Part shown: piece after piece, positions 8,284 to 17,537 of the stretch | Position numbering within the stretch: the stretch's first letter is position 1 | How the letters are laid out: every line of letters begins with the position of its first letter | NCBI GenBank assembly: GCA_017532155.1 | Contig: JAFXJP010000048.1 | Location: 231-64,230 of the forward strand | Length of the DNA stretch: 64,000 bases | From: Clostridia bacterium | GTDB taxonomy: Bacteria; Bacillota; Clostridia; Christensenellales; Aristaeellaceae | Reading direction: 5' to 3' | Notes under the pieces: model-generated | Told to the model about the DNA's origin: nothing | Database searches by the model: none | Seen by the model: the letters and a program-made list of their open reading frames with translations, nothing else | Position numbers and translations under genes: made by a program

Positions 8284-10209
8284 TTAACCGCCCAGCTGTG
8301 CTTCAAGCTTTTCCCATTCTTCGTATTGCTGATCGATCTTTTCCTGCAGGAGGGCTTTTTGCTCTTCCAGCTCATTGAGCTTGACATAATCGCTGGCAAA
8401 TTCCTCCGCCTGCGCTTCCAGATCGGCATACTGCTGCTCGAGCTTTTGGATTTCGCGCTCCAAAGCATTCATACGGCGTTCCAGCTTGGCGTCGCGCTTA
8501 CCGGGACGCTCCTGCGCTTTTTGCGCTTTCTGCGCCTTTTCGGCTTCACGCTCGGCTGCGCGCTTCTGCGCGTTTGCAGCAGCTTCAGCCTCCATCTCAC
8601 GTTCACGGATAAAGCGGTATTTTTCGTATCCGCAGTCAAAATCGCGCAATACGCCGTCATTCAGCTCCCAGATGCGGCTGGCAAAGCGATTGACGAAATA
8701 GCGGTCATGGGAGACGATCAGCAGCGTGCCCTCGAATTGCTCCACCGCCGATTCGATCCATTCGCGGGAATCAAGATCCAGATGGTTGGTCGGTTCGTCC
8801 AATATCAGCATATTGACGGCGCTGTTCATCAGCATGCACAGTTTCAGCCTGGCGCGCTCGCCGCCCGAGAGCTGGGATACGCGCTTAAACTGATCCTCGC
8901 CGCGGAAGCGATATGCGCCCAGGCGGTTGCGCGCGGCTTGCGGCTCCAGGCCGAGATCATACAAAAGCGTATCGTAGAGCGTGCGTTCAGGATGCGCAAA
9001 CTCGATCTGCTGAGGCAGATAGGCTGCGCGCACCGAGGGGCCAAACTGCACGATACCGTCGTCTGTGGGAATTTCGCCCAGGATGGCCTTGAGCAGGGTG
9101 GTTTTGCCCGTACCGTTGCTGCCCACCAGCGCTACGCGCTCGCCGCCGCCGCGGATGGTCATCGTTACGTCGTGGAAGAGCGTGCGCTCGCCAAAGGATT
9201 TTTTGACGTTTTTCAGCCGCAGCGCGTAATCGGCGCGGAAGGGGACGGTGGAGAAGCCCATGTCCATGCGCTCCTCGCGGGTAGGCTTTTCGGTCTTTTG
9301 CAGCCATTCGATGCGGCGGCGGATGGAAATGACGCGCTTGTAGGTTTTATCCATGCCGCTGTAGGCCCAGGCGCTGAGCTGATCGGCCGCCTTTTCCAGC
9401 TGGGCGATCTTGGCCTGTTCCTTTTCATACTGCTTCATCTGCAGCTTGTAGCGCGCTTCCTTTTCGGTGACGTAGAAAGAATAATTGCCGTTATAGAATT
9501 CAACCGTGCCGTGATCAAGCTCAATAATGCGCGTGACGGTGCGGTCAAGGAAATAGCGGTCATGCGATACGGTAAGCACGGTGCCCTTGTAATGGGCGAT
9601 ATAATCTTCCAGCCACTCGATGGACTGCATATCCAGGTGGTTGGTCGGCTCGTCCAGCAGCAGGATATCCGTTTCGCGCAGGATCATCACCGCCAGGCGG
9701 ATGCGTGTCTGCTCGCCGCCGGAGAGGGATGAGAAGGGCTGGGTGCGCATGGCATGGGGGATATGCAGGCCGTTGGCGACCTTGCCCAGGCGCATTTCGC
9801 AGTCGTAGCCGCCCATCATTTCAAACTGGGTGCGCAATTGGTCATAGCGGCGCAGCATGGAATCAGAATGCTCGCCCTGATCCATGCGCTGCTGGATTTC
9901 TTCAATTTCGGCGCTCACGCGCTGAATATCGGCAAAGGCCATGCGCAGTACATCTTCCACCAGGGCATTTTCGGGCACTTCGGCCAGCTGGGAAATGTAG
10001 CCGATGCGGCGGCCCTGGGGGATGATCACAGAGCCCTTATCGGCGGTCAGCTCGCCCGTCATAATGCGCAGCAGCGTGGTTTTTCCTGCACCATTGCCGC
10101 CAAGCAGGCCCACGCGCTCGCCTGCGTCTACCTGAAAGGAGACGTCGTCGAGAATAACGCGGTCCTGCTCAAAGGATTTTTCAATTCCGGATACGGTGAT
10201 CTCGGCCAT
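8284..10209 (-). CDS. ABC-F family ATPase (two ABC domains, C-terminal coiled coil)
   Basis: Walker A GGNGAGKTT and GSNGTGKTT. Signatures LSGGEQ and LSGGER. No TM segments. Very short leader, so no attenuator. Confidence 0.9.
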   Translation of the reverse strand: MAEITVSGIEKSFEQDRVILDDVSFQVDAGERVGLLGGNGAGKTTLLRIMTGELTADKGSVIIPQGRRIGYISQLAEVPENALVEDVLRMAFADIQRVSAEIEEIQQRMDQGEHSDSMLRRYDQLRTQFEMMGGYDCEMRLGKVANGLHIPHAMRTQPFSSLSGGEQTRIRLAVMILRETDILLLDEPTNHLDMQSIEWLEDYIAHYKGTVLTVSHDRYFLDRTVTRIIELDHGTVEFYNGNYSFYVTEKEARYKLQMKQYEKEQAKIAQLEKAADQLSAWAYSGMDKTYKRVISIRRRIEWLQKTEKPTREERMDMGFSTVPFRADYALRLKNVKKSFGERTLFHDVTMTIRGGGERVALVGSNGTGKTTLLKAILGEIPTDDGIVQFGPSVRAAYLPQQIEFAHPERTLYDTLLYDLGLEPQAARNRLGAYRFRGEDQFKRVSQLSGGERARLKLCMLMNSAVNMLILDEPTNHLDLDSREWIESAVEQFEGTLLIVSHDRYFVNRFASRIWELNDGVLRDFDCGYEKYRFIREREMEAEAAANAQKRAAEREAEKAQKAQKAQERPGKRDAKLERRMNALEREIQKLEQQYADLEAQAEEFASDYVKLNELEEQKALLQEKIDQQYEEWEKLEAQLGG

Positions 10210-10315
10210 AAAGTCCTCGCTTGTAAAGGTATAATCAATCTATTATACCACGGCTTTGCGCTTGTAGCAAATGCTGCAGCGTGATATAATAAAGAAAAAT
10301 GCCGGGAGGAAGCAC

Positions 10316-10690
10316 ATGACGCTGGAAGAATTTCATCTGGCGCTGGAGGAAATAGCAGAGAATCTGCCGCCAAGGCTATTTGAACATTTGAACGGCGGCG
10401 TGAATATCCGCGAGGAAGCGCTGCTTTCGCCCGACAGCGTGCCCGAGGAGCCGCGCTATATCTTAGGACAATATCATCATTACCGGGTGCTGGGCAGGTG
10501 GATTGACCTGTATTACGGCTCGTTTGTCAGATCGTTCAAGGACGCTGATGAAAAGGCATGGAAAGCGCAGATTGACCGGGTGCTCCGGCATGAACTGAGG
10601 CATCACATAGAGGATCAGGCCGGCGAAACGGCGCTGGCAGAGGAAGATAAAAAGGAAACGCGCGCGTATATCATGCGCCATCAAAAATAA
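10316..10690 (+). CDS. Zincin-like metallopeptidase-fold small protein
   Basis: Start at the ATG at 10316 after a GGGAGGA RBS. HELRHH motif. Confidence 0.6.
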   Translation: MTLEEFHLALEEIAENLPPRLFEHLNGGVNIREEALLSPDSVPEEPRYILGQYHHYRVLGRWIDLYYGSFVRSFKDADEKAWKAQIDRVLRHELRHHIEDQAGETALAEEDKKETRAYIMRHQK

Positions 10691-10703
10691 AGGAGAGAGT
10701 GCA

Positions 10704-11510
10704 ATGAAGCTGTTTATTTCTGCCGATATTGAGGGAACTACGGGCATTGCTCACTGGAACGAAACGGAAAAGAATCATCCGGACTGGAAGTATTTTGCCG
10801 ATCAGATGACCCGCGAGGTAGCTGCGGCCTGCGAGGGCGCCATGGCGGCGGGCTGCGAGGACATTTTGATCAAGGATGCGCACGACTCTGCGCGCAATTT
10901 GAATCCCCGCGCGCTGCCCGAGTGCGCCAGGCTTCTGCGCGGCTGGACGGGTGCACCGGCTTCCATGATGGCCGGCCTTGACGAAAGCTTTGACGGCGTG
11001 GTGTTCACCGGCTATCATTCGGCTGCCAGCTGGAATACCAATCCTTTGTCGCATACCATGAATACGGGGAACTGCTTTGTAACCATCAACGGCGAAAAGG
11101 CGTCGGAACTGATGATCAATGCCCTGACGGCTGCATACTACGGCGTGCCGGTTTTGTGCGTGACGGGCGACAAGGGGCTGTGCGACTATATGAAAAAGGT
11201 CAATCCCAATGTGGAGACTGTGCCTGTCAACGAGGGCTGGGGCAATGGCGTGATTTCCATTCATCCCGATCTTGCCATCCGCCGCATCCGGGAGGCAGTG
11301 CAGCGTGCGGTGGAAAACGCCGATAAAGACAAGTGCATGTTCCCGCTGCCTGAGCATTTTGTGGTGGAAATCTGCTATAAGCTGCACCAGCGTGCGCATT
11401 CCTGCTCGTATTATCCGGGCGTCACGCAGATTGATGAGCGCACTGTGCGCTTTGAGTGCGATGATTATATGGACGTGCTCAAGTACTTTAAGTTCATTCT
11501 CAGTGAGTAA
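10704..11510 (+). CDS. M55 family D-aminopeptidase (DppA-like)
   Basis: The N-terminus MKLFISADIEGTTGI is characteristic of the family. 268 aa. Confidence 0.8.
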   Translation: MKLFISADIEGTTGIAHWNETEKNHPDWKYFADQMTREVAAACEGAMAAGCEDILIKDAHDSARNLNPRALPECARLLRGWTGAPASMMAGLDESFDGVVFTGYHSAASWNTNPLSHTMNTGNCFVTINGEKASELMINALTAAYYGVPVLCVTGDKGLCDYMKKVNPNVETVPVNEGWGNGVISIHPDLAIRRIREAVQRAVENADKDKCMFPLPEHFVVEICYKLHQRAHSCSYYPGVTQIDERTVRFECDDYMDVLKYFKFILSE

Positions 11511-11513
11511 TTT

Positions 11514-11972
11514 ATGACAGAATATATCAAGTATTTGCGCTCTTTTATAGGGCATCGGCCGGTATTGCAGGTTGGCGCGAGCGTGATTGTGGAAGACCGC
11601 GACGGACGTATTTTGCTGCAAAAGCGCCGCGATAACCACTGCTGGGGCTATCACGGCGGATCGGTGGAGCTGGATGAATGCGTGGAGGATGCGGCAGCGC
11701 GCGAATTGTACGAAGAAACGGGCCTGATTGCAGATGACTTGCAGCTGTGGCGCGTATTCTCCGGGCCGGATACGCATTATGTGTATCCCAACGGCGACGA
11801 AGTGAGCAATGTTGATCTGGTGTTCATCTGCCGGAAATATCACGGGCAAATCCGTCAGCAGGAAAGCGAAGTGGAGGAGCTGAAATTCTTTGCGCTGGAT
11901 GAAATGCCGGAGAATATTTCGCCGCCCATCGCAAAGGCGCTGCGGGAATACGTAAAAATGAGAAAAGCATAA
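11514..11972 (+). CDS. NUDIX hydrolase
   Basis: Nudix box GGSVELDECVEDAAARELYEETGL. Confidence 0.9.
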   Translation: MTEYIKYLRSFIGHRPVLQVGASVIVEDRDGRILLQKRRDNHCWGYHGGSVELDECVEDAAARELYEETGLIADDLQLWRVFSGPDTHYVYPNGDEVSNVDLVFICRKYHGQIRQQESEVEELKFFALDEMPENISPPIAKALREYVKMRKA

Positions 11973-11976
11973 TAAC

Positions 11977-12008
11977 AAACGCAGCCTGTTTATTTTCAGG
12001 CTGCGTTT
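11977..12008. terminator. Bidirectional terminator
   Basis: Stem AAACGCAGCCTG / CAGGCTGCGTTT between convergent genes. Confidence 0.8.
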
Positions 12009-12018
12009 GCTTTGCAGA

Positions 12019-12225
12019 TTATTCGCGGGCCATTTCTCTTTCTCGGAAGAGAAGCGAAATGCACCACAGGCCTGCCGCGCCAACCAGGGTGTAAATGATG
12101 CGGCTGAGCATGGCGGTCTGTCCACCGAAGACAGCGGCAACCAGATCGAAGCTGAAAATGCCAACCAGACCCCAGTTGACCGCGCCGATGATGACCAGCA
12201 GCAATGCGATTTTATCCATGATCAT
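12019..12225 (-). CDS. DUF378-type small membrane protein
   Basis: IALLLVIIGAVNWGLVGIFSFDLVAAVFG is the typical DUF378 signature. 68 aa. Confidence 0.75.
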   Translation of the reverse strand: MIMDKIALLLVIIGAVNWGLVGIFSFDLVAAVFGGQTAMLSRIIYTLVGAAGLWCISLLFREREMARE

Positions 12226-12284
12226 AAAAACACCTCCCTGTTTACAAACCGTATTATGGCAGGGAGGCGCAGGTTATATACGCT

Positions 12285-13484
12285 TTATTTCAGGCTGCGG
12301 ACAAAATCACCGATGCGCTGCACTGCGCAGGTCAGATCCTGTTCGCTGGCAGCGTAGCTGAGCCGCACAAAGCCGTCGGCGCCAAAGGCGGTTCCTGGTA
12401 CGACGGCGACGTGCTGCTTTTGCAATAGCAGCTGGGCAAAACACAGATCATCGCAGATGACCTCCTGATCCATGCCTTTGCCGAGGAACGGACGGATATC
12501 CAGCAGCAGATAGAATGCACCCTGCGGGATGACGCCGGGGTGAAGATCTGCTTCCTTTAGCAAGTGCAGCAGAAGCTTGCGGCGGCGGGCGAAGGTATCG
12601 CGCATTTCCTGCACGCAGCTTTGCGAGGCGGTCAGAGCTTCCAGCGCGGCATACTGCGCAATGGTATTGATGCTGCCGCTCGTATGGCTTTGCAGCGCGG
12701 TCATGGCGGCAATGACGGATTGCGGTCCGGCGGCGTAGCCCACCCGCCAGCCGGTCATGGCATAGGCTTTGCTAAGGCCCGACAGGACGATTGTGCGTTC
12801 GAAGGCATCCTGCGAAACGGCGGCGGGCGACAGGTGGCTGGCGCCGCCAAAGACCAGATCCTCGTAGATTTCATCGCTGATGACGAAAAGATGATGCGTT
12901 TGCGCCAGGGACATCACGGCCTTCACCAGCGAGGGCGGCCACACGGCGCCGGAGGGATTGGCGGGCGTATTGAGAATCAACGCTTTGGTGCGCGGCGTGA
13001 CGGCGGCGGCCAGCTGATCGATCGCAGGCAGAAAACCGCTGTCAGCAGTGGCTGAAACGGGAACGGGGACGCCGCCGGCGATGCGGATCATTTCGGGATA
13101 GCTCACCCAGCAGGGGAGCGGCAGCAGCACTTCGTCGCCGGGGTTGATCAGCGCCTGCAACGCTTCAAAAAGCACCTGCTTAACGCCTGCGCCAACGAGG
13201 ATTTCCTGAGGGGAATAGTGCAGATTTTTCTGCTTTTTGATGTGCTTGCTGATAGCCTGGCGCAAGGGCAAGATGCCGCTTACGGAGGTATAGCGCGTGC
13301 AGCCGTTTTCCATGGCCTGGACAGCGGCACGACGGATGTGCGGCGGCGTATCAAAATCCGGCTCGCCGGCCCCCAGCGAAATGACGGGAACGCCTTGGGC
13401 ACGCAAATCGGCAACGGATGCGTTGATTTGAAGCGTCAGGGAAGATGAAAGGCCCTTGACTGTATTGGATAAAGCAACGGACAT
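12285..13484 (-). CDS. Class I/II pyridoxal-phosphate aminotransferase (aspartate aminotransferase-like)
   Basis: Start at the ATG at 13484 after a GAAAGGAGCG RBS. PLP-lysine motif LSKAYAMTGWRVGY. Confidence 0.9.
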   Translation of the reverse strand: MSVALSNTVKGLSSSLTLQINASVADLRAQGVPVISLGAGEPDFDTPPHIRRAAVQAMENGCTRYTSVSGILPLRQAISKHIKKQKNLHYSPQEILVGAGVKQVLFEALQALINPGDEVLLPLPCWVSYPEMIRIAGGVPVPVSATADSGFLPAIDQLAAAVTPRTKALILNTPANPSGAVWPPSLVKAVMSLAQTHHLFVISDEIYEDLVFGGASHLSPAAVSQDAFERTIVLSGLSKAYAMTGWRVGYAAGPQSVIAAMTALQSHTSGSINTIAQYAALEALTASQSCVQEMRDTFARRRKLLLHLLKEADLHPGVIPQGAFYLLLDIRPFLGKGMDQEVICDDLCFAQLLLQKQHVAVVPGTAFGADGFVRLSYAASEQDLTCAVQRIGDFVRSLK

Positions 13485-13587
13485 AAAAAGCGCTCCTTTC
13501 GAAAACGCAGGAAAGATGATGCCTGGATGCATTCTATCCTATGCTTTGCAGAAAGGAGCGGTGATATTTGCAGGAATGCAAATGGAA

Positions 13588-14895
13588 TTATCTGTTTTTG
13601 ATCTGGCGGCGAATATCATCCACCAGCGATGCGAAGGCTTCGGCGGAACGGATGTCCTCAGCTACCTTATCGCAGCCGTGCAGTACGGTGGTGTGATCGC
13701 GGCCGCCCATGGCCTCGCCGATGCGGGACATGCTGGAATCTGTCAATTCGCGGCACAGGAACATGGCCACCTGGCGGGGCGTGGCGATTTCACGCGTGCG
13801 GCGCGGGCCCTTGAGATCGTCAACCGTCACATTATAGTAGGTGGCAACCACGCGCATGACGTCATCGCAGGTGAGATTGCGGGGCTCGTGCTTGGCAAAG
13901 ACTTCGCGCAGCGCTTCCTCAGCCAGGGCGCAGTCGATGGGACGGCCGGTGAGGGAGGAATAGGCGCTCAGGCGCGTGAGGCTGCCTTCCAGCTCGCGGA
14001 TGTTGCTTTCCACATGCTCGGCAATCAGAGAGAGCACGTCGTCGCCGCAGTTGAGCATTTCGATCTGCGCGCGCTTGCGCAGGATGGCGATGCGGGTTTC
14101 AAGGTCGGGACGCTGGATGTCGGCGATCAGGCCCCATTCAAAACGGGAGCGCAGCCTCTCTTCCAGCCGGGCAATCTCGCGCGGCGGACGGTCGGAGGAA
14201 ATGATGATCTGCTTGCCGGCGGTATGCAGCGCATTGAAGGTGTGGAAAAATTCTTCCTGCGTGCTGGTGGTGCCGGCGATGAACTGAATATCGTCGATGA
14301 GCAGCACGTCGGTGGAGCGGTATTTATCGCGGAAAGCGGCGTTCTGGCCTGTCTGGATGGCGGAGATCAATTCGATCATGAACGTTTCGCTGGTCACATA
14401 AGTGACGCGCGCATCGGGCTTTTCGCCGATGATATAGTGACCAATGGCGTGCATCAGATGCGTTTTGCCAAGGCCCACGCCGCCGTAGATGAACAGCGGG
14501 TTGTAGGCGTCGGCCGGCGCTTCGGCAACGGCCAGGCACGCGGCGTGCGCAAAGCGGTTACTCTTGCCGACCACGAAGGAATCAAAGGTATACTTGGGGT
14601 TGAGGAAGGAGGCGACGGGCTTTTTGGCATGCTGGCCGGCCTGATAATCCTCCGCTTCCTTGGGGGAGAGGATTTTGACCTGCAGCGGGCGGGAGGCCGC
14701 TTCGCTCAGCGCGTTGGCGATCAGAATGGAATAGCGCGGCACCACAAACTGATGGTAAAAGTCCGTTACGGCCTTTACCATAAAGGTGTCGCCGTCAAGC
14801 GCCATCGGCTTTAAGGCGGAAGAAATCCAGGTATTATAGTTGACCTCGCTCAGCTCGCTGCGGAGCAGCGCGCAGGCGTTATCCCAAAGCTGCAT
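13588..14895 (-). CDS. dnaA: Chromosomal replication initiator DnaA
   Basis: Walker A GGVGLGKTHLMHAIG, then LLIDDIQF, and the C-terminal DNA-binding signature IATPRQVAMFLCRELT...GGRDHTTVLH. The start is ambiguous: ATG at 14895, or GTG at 14904, which sits 9 nt from GGAGG. Confidence 0.93.
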   Translation of the reverse strand: MQLWDNACALLRSELSEVNYNTWISSALKPMALDGDTFMVKAVTDFYHQFVVPRYSILIANALSEAASRPLQVKILSPKEAEDYQAGQHAKKPVASFLNPKYTFDSFVVGKSNRFAHAACLAVAEAPADAYNPLFIYGGVGLGKTHLMHAIGHYIIGEKPDARVTYVTSETFMIELISAIQTGQNAAFRDKYRSTDVLLIDDIQFIAGTTSTQEEFFHTFNALHTAGKQIIISSDRPPREIARLEERLRSRFEWGLIADIQRPDLETRIAILRKRAQIEMLNCGDDVLSLIAEHVESNIRELEGSLTRLSAYSSLTGRPIDCALAEEALREVFAKHEPRNLTCDDVMRVVATYYNVTVDDLKGPRRTREIATPRQVAMFLCRELTDSSMSRIGEAMGGRDHTTVLHGCDKVAEDIRSAEAFASLVDDIRRQIKNR

Positions 14896-14904
14896 GCTAT
14901 CCAC

Positions 14905-15351
14905 GGAAAAATGCCTCCATTGTACATCGAAATGTATAAAACATAGCGTTTCATACGCTGAAAAGAGCGAAAAAAACAAGCCCACAGGCGGTTGCTTATG
15001 GGCAAGAGAGGCGACGACTTTTGTATCGTAACGCGCTTGCCTGTTCTTTTTGCCCTCTTATCATAGCAGATTCGGTGGATAATTGCAAGAGTTATCCACA
15101 ATTGCCGTATGCGCATGCCATAAAATGCGATTTTTTGTGCTGTATCAATAGATTGTGTCCGGAGGATGAAGCCGACACAAGAAGCATGCTGAGGATGATT
15201 GCAATGTGTATAAATATGCAAAATGTGTGAATATGTTATCTGCGGGAAAATATAAAAATTTTTGCCGCCTTCAATACGGCGTGATTGGTGGACAAAAAGG
15301 GCTTCCTGTGGTATTCTATTATGAGGCTATGCAAAGGAGGCAAAGAGTGTC
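14905..15351. other. Candidate oriC (DnaA-box cluster plus AT-rich tract) upstream of dnaA
   Basis: Perfect TTATCCACA at 15092-15100. TTATCCACC (reverse) at 15074-15082. One-mismatch box TGTGTATAA at 15205-15213. Two-mismatch box at 15287-15295. AT tract AAAATATAAAAATTTTT at 15247-15263. Confidence 0.6.
15074..15100. promoter_or_regulatory. Converging pair of DnaA boxes
   Basis: GGTGGATAA followed 9 bp later by TTATCCACA. Confidence 0.7.
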
Positions 15352-15849
15352 ATGATCCAGGTGGAGCACGTTCAGCGGCTGCTGCGTCCATGGCTGGGAC
15401 AGGCGCTGCTTGACTGCACAAATCTGTGCGAGGATGCGGCGCTGATGCTGGATGAATTTGACGTGATGCACGGCGATTATGGCGCGCTTTCCGATGCGCT
15501 CAAGCGGCTGATTTTCAGAACCGTGCATGCGATTACGCGCGGGGAAATGACGGTATTCAGGGATAAGGGCGCGCGGGCGAGAATCCGCATGGAGGACTTT
15601 GACATCATGGCCGATTCGCTGCTGTACCTGGTGTTCAGGACGCTGGTGCATTCGGCGTGGAACTGCTCGCGCCTGCGTGAATTTGCCCTGAGTCACGACA
15701 GTCTGTCTGCCATCCGGGCGCTATATGTGGATTTTGAGGAGTTTCAGACGGCGGAGGAAAAGGCGCTGCTGGCCTACACGGCGCGCACATGCCACCCGGC
15801 TTTTCGCTACCGCGCGTGGCTGAAAGACGACGAGGAGACCTTGCAATAA
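15352..15849 (+). CDS. Hypothetical protein (no recognisable motif) between oriC and parA
   Basis: AAAGGAGG lies upstream of the ATG. GC-rich third codon positions resemble the neighbours. 165 aa. Confidence 0.55.
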   Translation: MIQVEHVQRLLRPWLGQALLDCTNLCEDAALMLDEFDVMHGDYGALSDALKRLIFRTVHAITRGEMTVFRDKGARARIRMEDFDIMADSLLYLVFRTLVHSAWNCSRLREFALSHDSLSAIRALYVDFEEFQTAEEKALLAYTARTCHPAFRYRAWLKDDEETLQ

Positions 15850-15891
15850 TGCTTTGCGGTGCTGCCGCATAGATATAAAGAGGATACGACA

Positions 15892-16668
15892 GTGGGAAAG
15901 ATCATTGCGATAACCAATCAGAAGGGCGGCGTGGGCAAGACGACCACGGCGGTTAATCTGTGTGCATGTCTGGCCGAACAGGGCAAAAAGACGCTGCTGA
16001 TTGATGCGGATCCGCAGGGGAATGCCTCCAGCGGCTCGGGTGCGCAGGCGGGAAAGGATACGCTGTATGAGGTGCTGCTGGGCATCGCTACGGCGGAAAA
16101 GTGCATTGTAAAAACGGATACGCCCGGCATGAGCGTGCTGCCCAGCGATATTCGTCTGGCGGCGGCCGAGGTGGAAATGGTATCGCTCGAGCGCCGTGAA
16201 TACCGCATGCGCGCAGCGCTCAAGGCTGTGAGCGAGCAGTATGATTATCTGATCATTGATTGCCCGCCTTCGCTGGGCTTGCTCACTGTCAATGCGCTGA
16301 CGGCGGCAAACAGCGTGCTGATTCCCATTCAGTGCGAGTATTACGCGCTGGAGGGCGTGCGCAGCCTGATGGATACGGTAGCGCGCGTCAAGCGCGGCCT
16401 TAATCCCGGGCTTGCAGTGGAAGGCGTGCTGCTGACGATGCTCGACGGCCGCACCAACCTTGGCCTGCAGGTGGTTGCGCAGGTTAAAAAGCATTTTAAG
16501 GGGCAGGTGTTTGCTACCACCGTGCCGCGCAATGTGCGTCTGGGCGAGGCGCCCAGCCATGCGCTGCCCATTCACCGCTATGATCCGCGCTCCACGGGTG
16601 CGGAGGCTTACCGTTCGCTGGCGAAGGAAGTGCTGCGCCGCAACGGCGACAAAGGCATTCTGAAATAA
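15892..16668 (+). CDS. parA: ParA/Soj chromosome-partitioning ATPase
   Basis: GTG at 15892, 7 nt after AAGAGGA. Deviant Walker A NQKGGVGKTTT. Confidence 0.9.
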   Translation: MGKIIAITNQKGGVGKTTTAVNLCACLAEQGKKTLLIDADPQGNASSGSGAQAGKDTLYEVLLGIATAEKCIVKTDTPGMSVLPSDIRLAAAEVEMVSLERREYRMRAALKAVSEQYDYLIIDCPPSLGLLTVNALTAANSVLIPIQCEYYALEGVRSLMDTVARVKRGLNPGLAVEGVLLTMLDGRTNLGLQVVAQVKKHFKGQVFATTVPRNVRLGEAPSHALPIHRYDPRSTGAEAYRSLAKEVLRRNGDKGILK

Positions 16669-16682
16669 AGGAGAGATGCTTG

Positions 16683-17528
16683 ATGGCAGTCAAAAAGGGT
16701 CTGGGCCGCGGACTGGATATACTGCTTCCTGAAATGGAGGAGGCGCCCAAGAGCACAATGGAAATTGCGCTGGGCGATATTGATCCCAATCCCGATCAGC
16801 CGCGCCGCGAATTTGACAAAGAGGCGCTGCAGCAGCTGGCCGACAGCATTGCGCAGTCGGGTGTATTGCAGCCGCTGCTGGTGGTGAAGGAAGGCATGCG
16901 CTACCGCATTGTGGCGGGCGAACGCCGTTATCGCGCTGCGCGCATGGCGGGGCTGCATACCGTGCCGTGCCTGGTCAAGGACATGAACGATCAGGAGATC
17001 ATGGAGGCTGCGCTGATTGAAAATCTGCAGCGCGAGGATCTCAATCCCATCGAAGAAGCGGCGGGCATCCGTGCGCTGATGGATAAGTGCGGCTATACGC
17101 AGGAGATGGCGGCCAAGCGCGTGGGGCGTTCGCGTCCGGCGGTGGCCAACATCCTGCGCCTGCTCAATCTTCCTGCCAAGGTGCAAAAGCTGGTGAAGGA
17201 CGGCAAGCTTTCCGCAGGTCATGCGCGTGTGCTGGCCGGCATGGACAATAAAGAAGCGCAGCTCGAGCTGGCGGAGCTTACCGTTAAGAAGGAATTGAGC
17301 GTGCGCGAGCTTGAAAAGCTGGCGGCGGATTGGGGCAAGGAAGCGCCTGTTGCTGTGAAGCCGCCGCTTCCGCTGGAGCTGGAGGATATGCGCGAGAGAC
17401 TGCAGAATGCGCTGGGCGTGCGTACGATGCTGCGCGGCAGCATGAAAAAGGGCAAGGTCATTTTGCAGTATAACTCCACAGAAGAATTGGAAGCGATCTA
17501 TGCTGCGATGGAGCGGCTGGAGAAATAA
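16683..17528 (+). CDS. parB: ParB/Spo0J partition protein
   Basis: GLGRGLD, IENLQREDLNPIEEA and the HTH region. ATG at 16683 after AAGGAGAG. Confidence 0.9.
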   Translation: MAVKKGLGRGLDILLPEMEEAPKSTMEIALGDIDPNPDQPRREFDKEALQQLADSIAQSGVLQPLLVVKEGMRYRIVAGERRYRAARMAGLHTVPCLVKDMNDQEIMEAALIENLQREDLNPIEEAAGIRALMDKCGYTQEMAAKRVGRSRPAVANILRLLNLPAKVQKLVKDGKLSAGHARVLAGMDNKEAQLELAELTVKKELSVRELEKLAADWGKEAPVAVKPPLPLELEDMRERLQNALGVRTMLRGSMKKGKVILQYNSTEELEAIYAAMERLEK

Positions 17529-17537
17529 GGAGAAATT

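Noticed and set aside
8284-10315. The ABC-F gene as an antibiotic-resistance (ARE) determinant with a regulatory leader peptide.
   Set aside because: The promoter (TGgTATAAT, hexamer at 10247-10242 on the minus strand) leaves a leader of about 30 nt with no leader ORF or attenuator. The long C-terminal coiled coil is more like housekeeping Uup-type ABC-F proteins. The subfamily cannot be resolved without a phylogeny.
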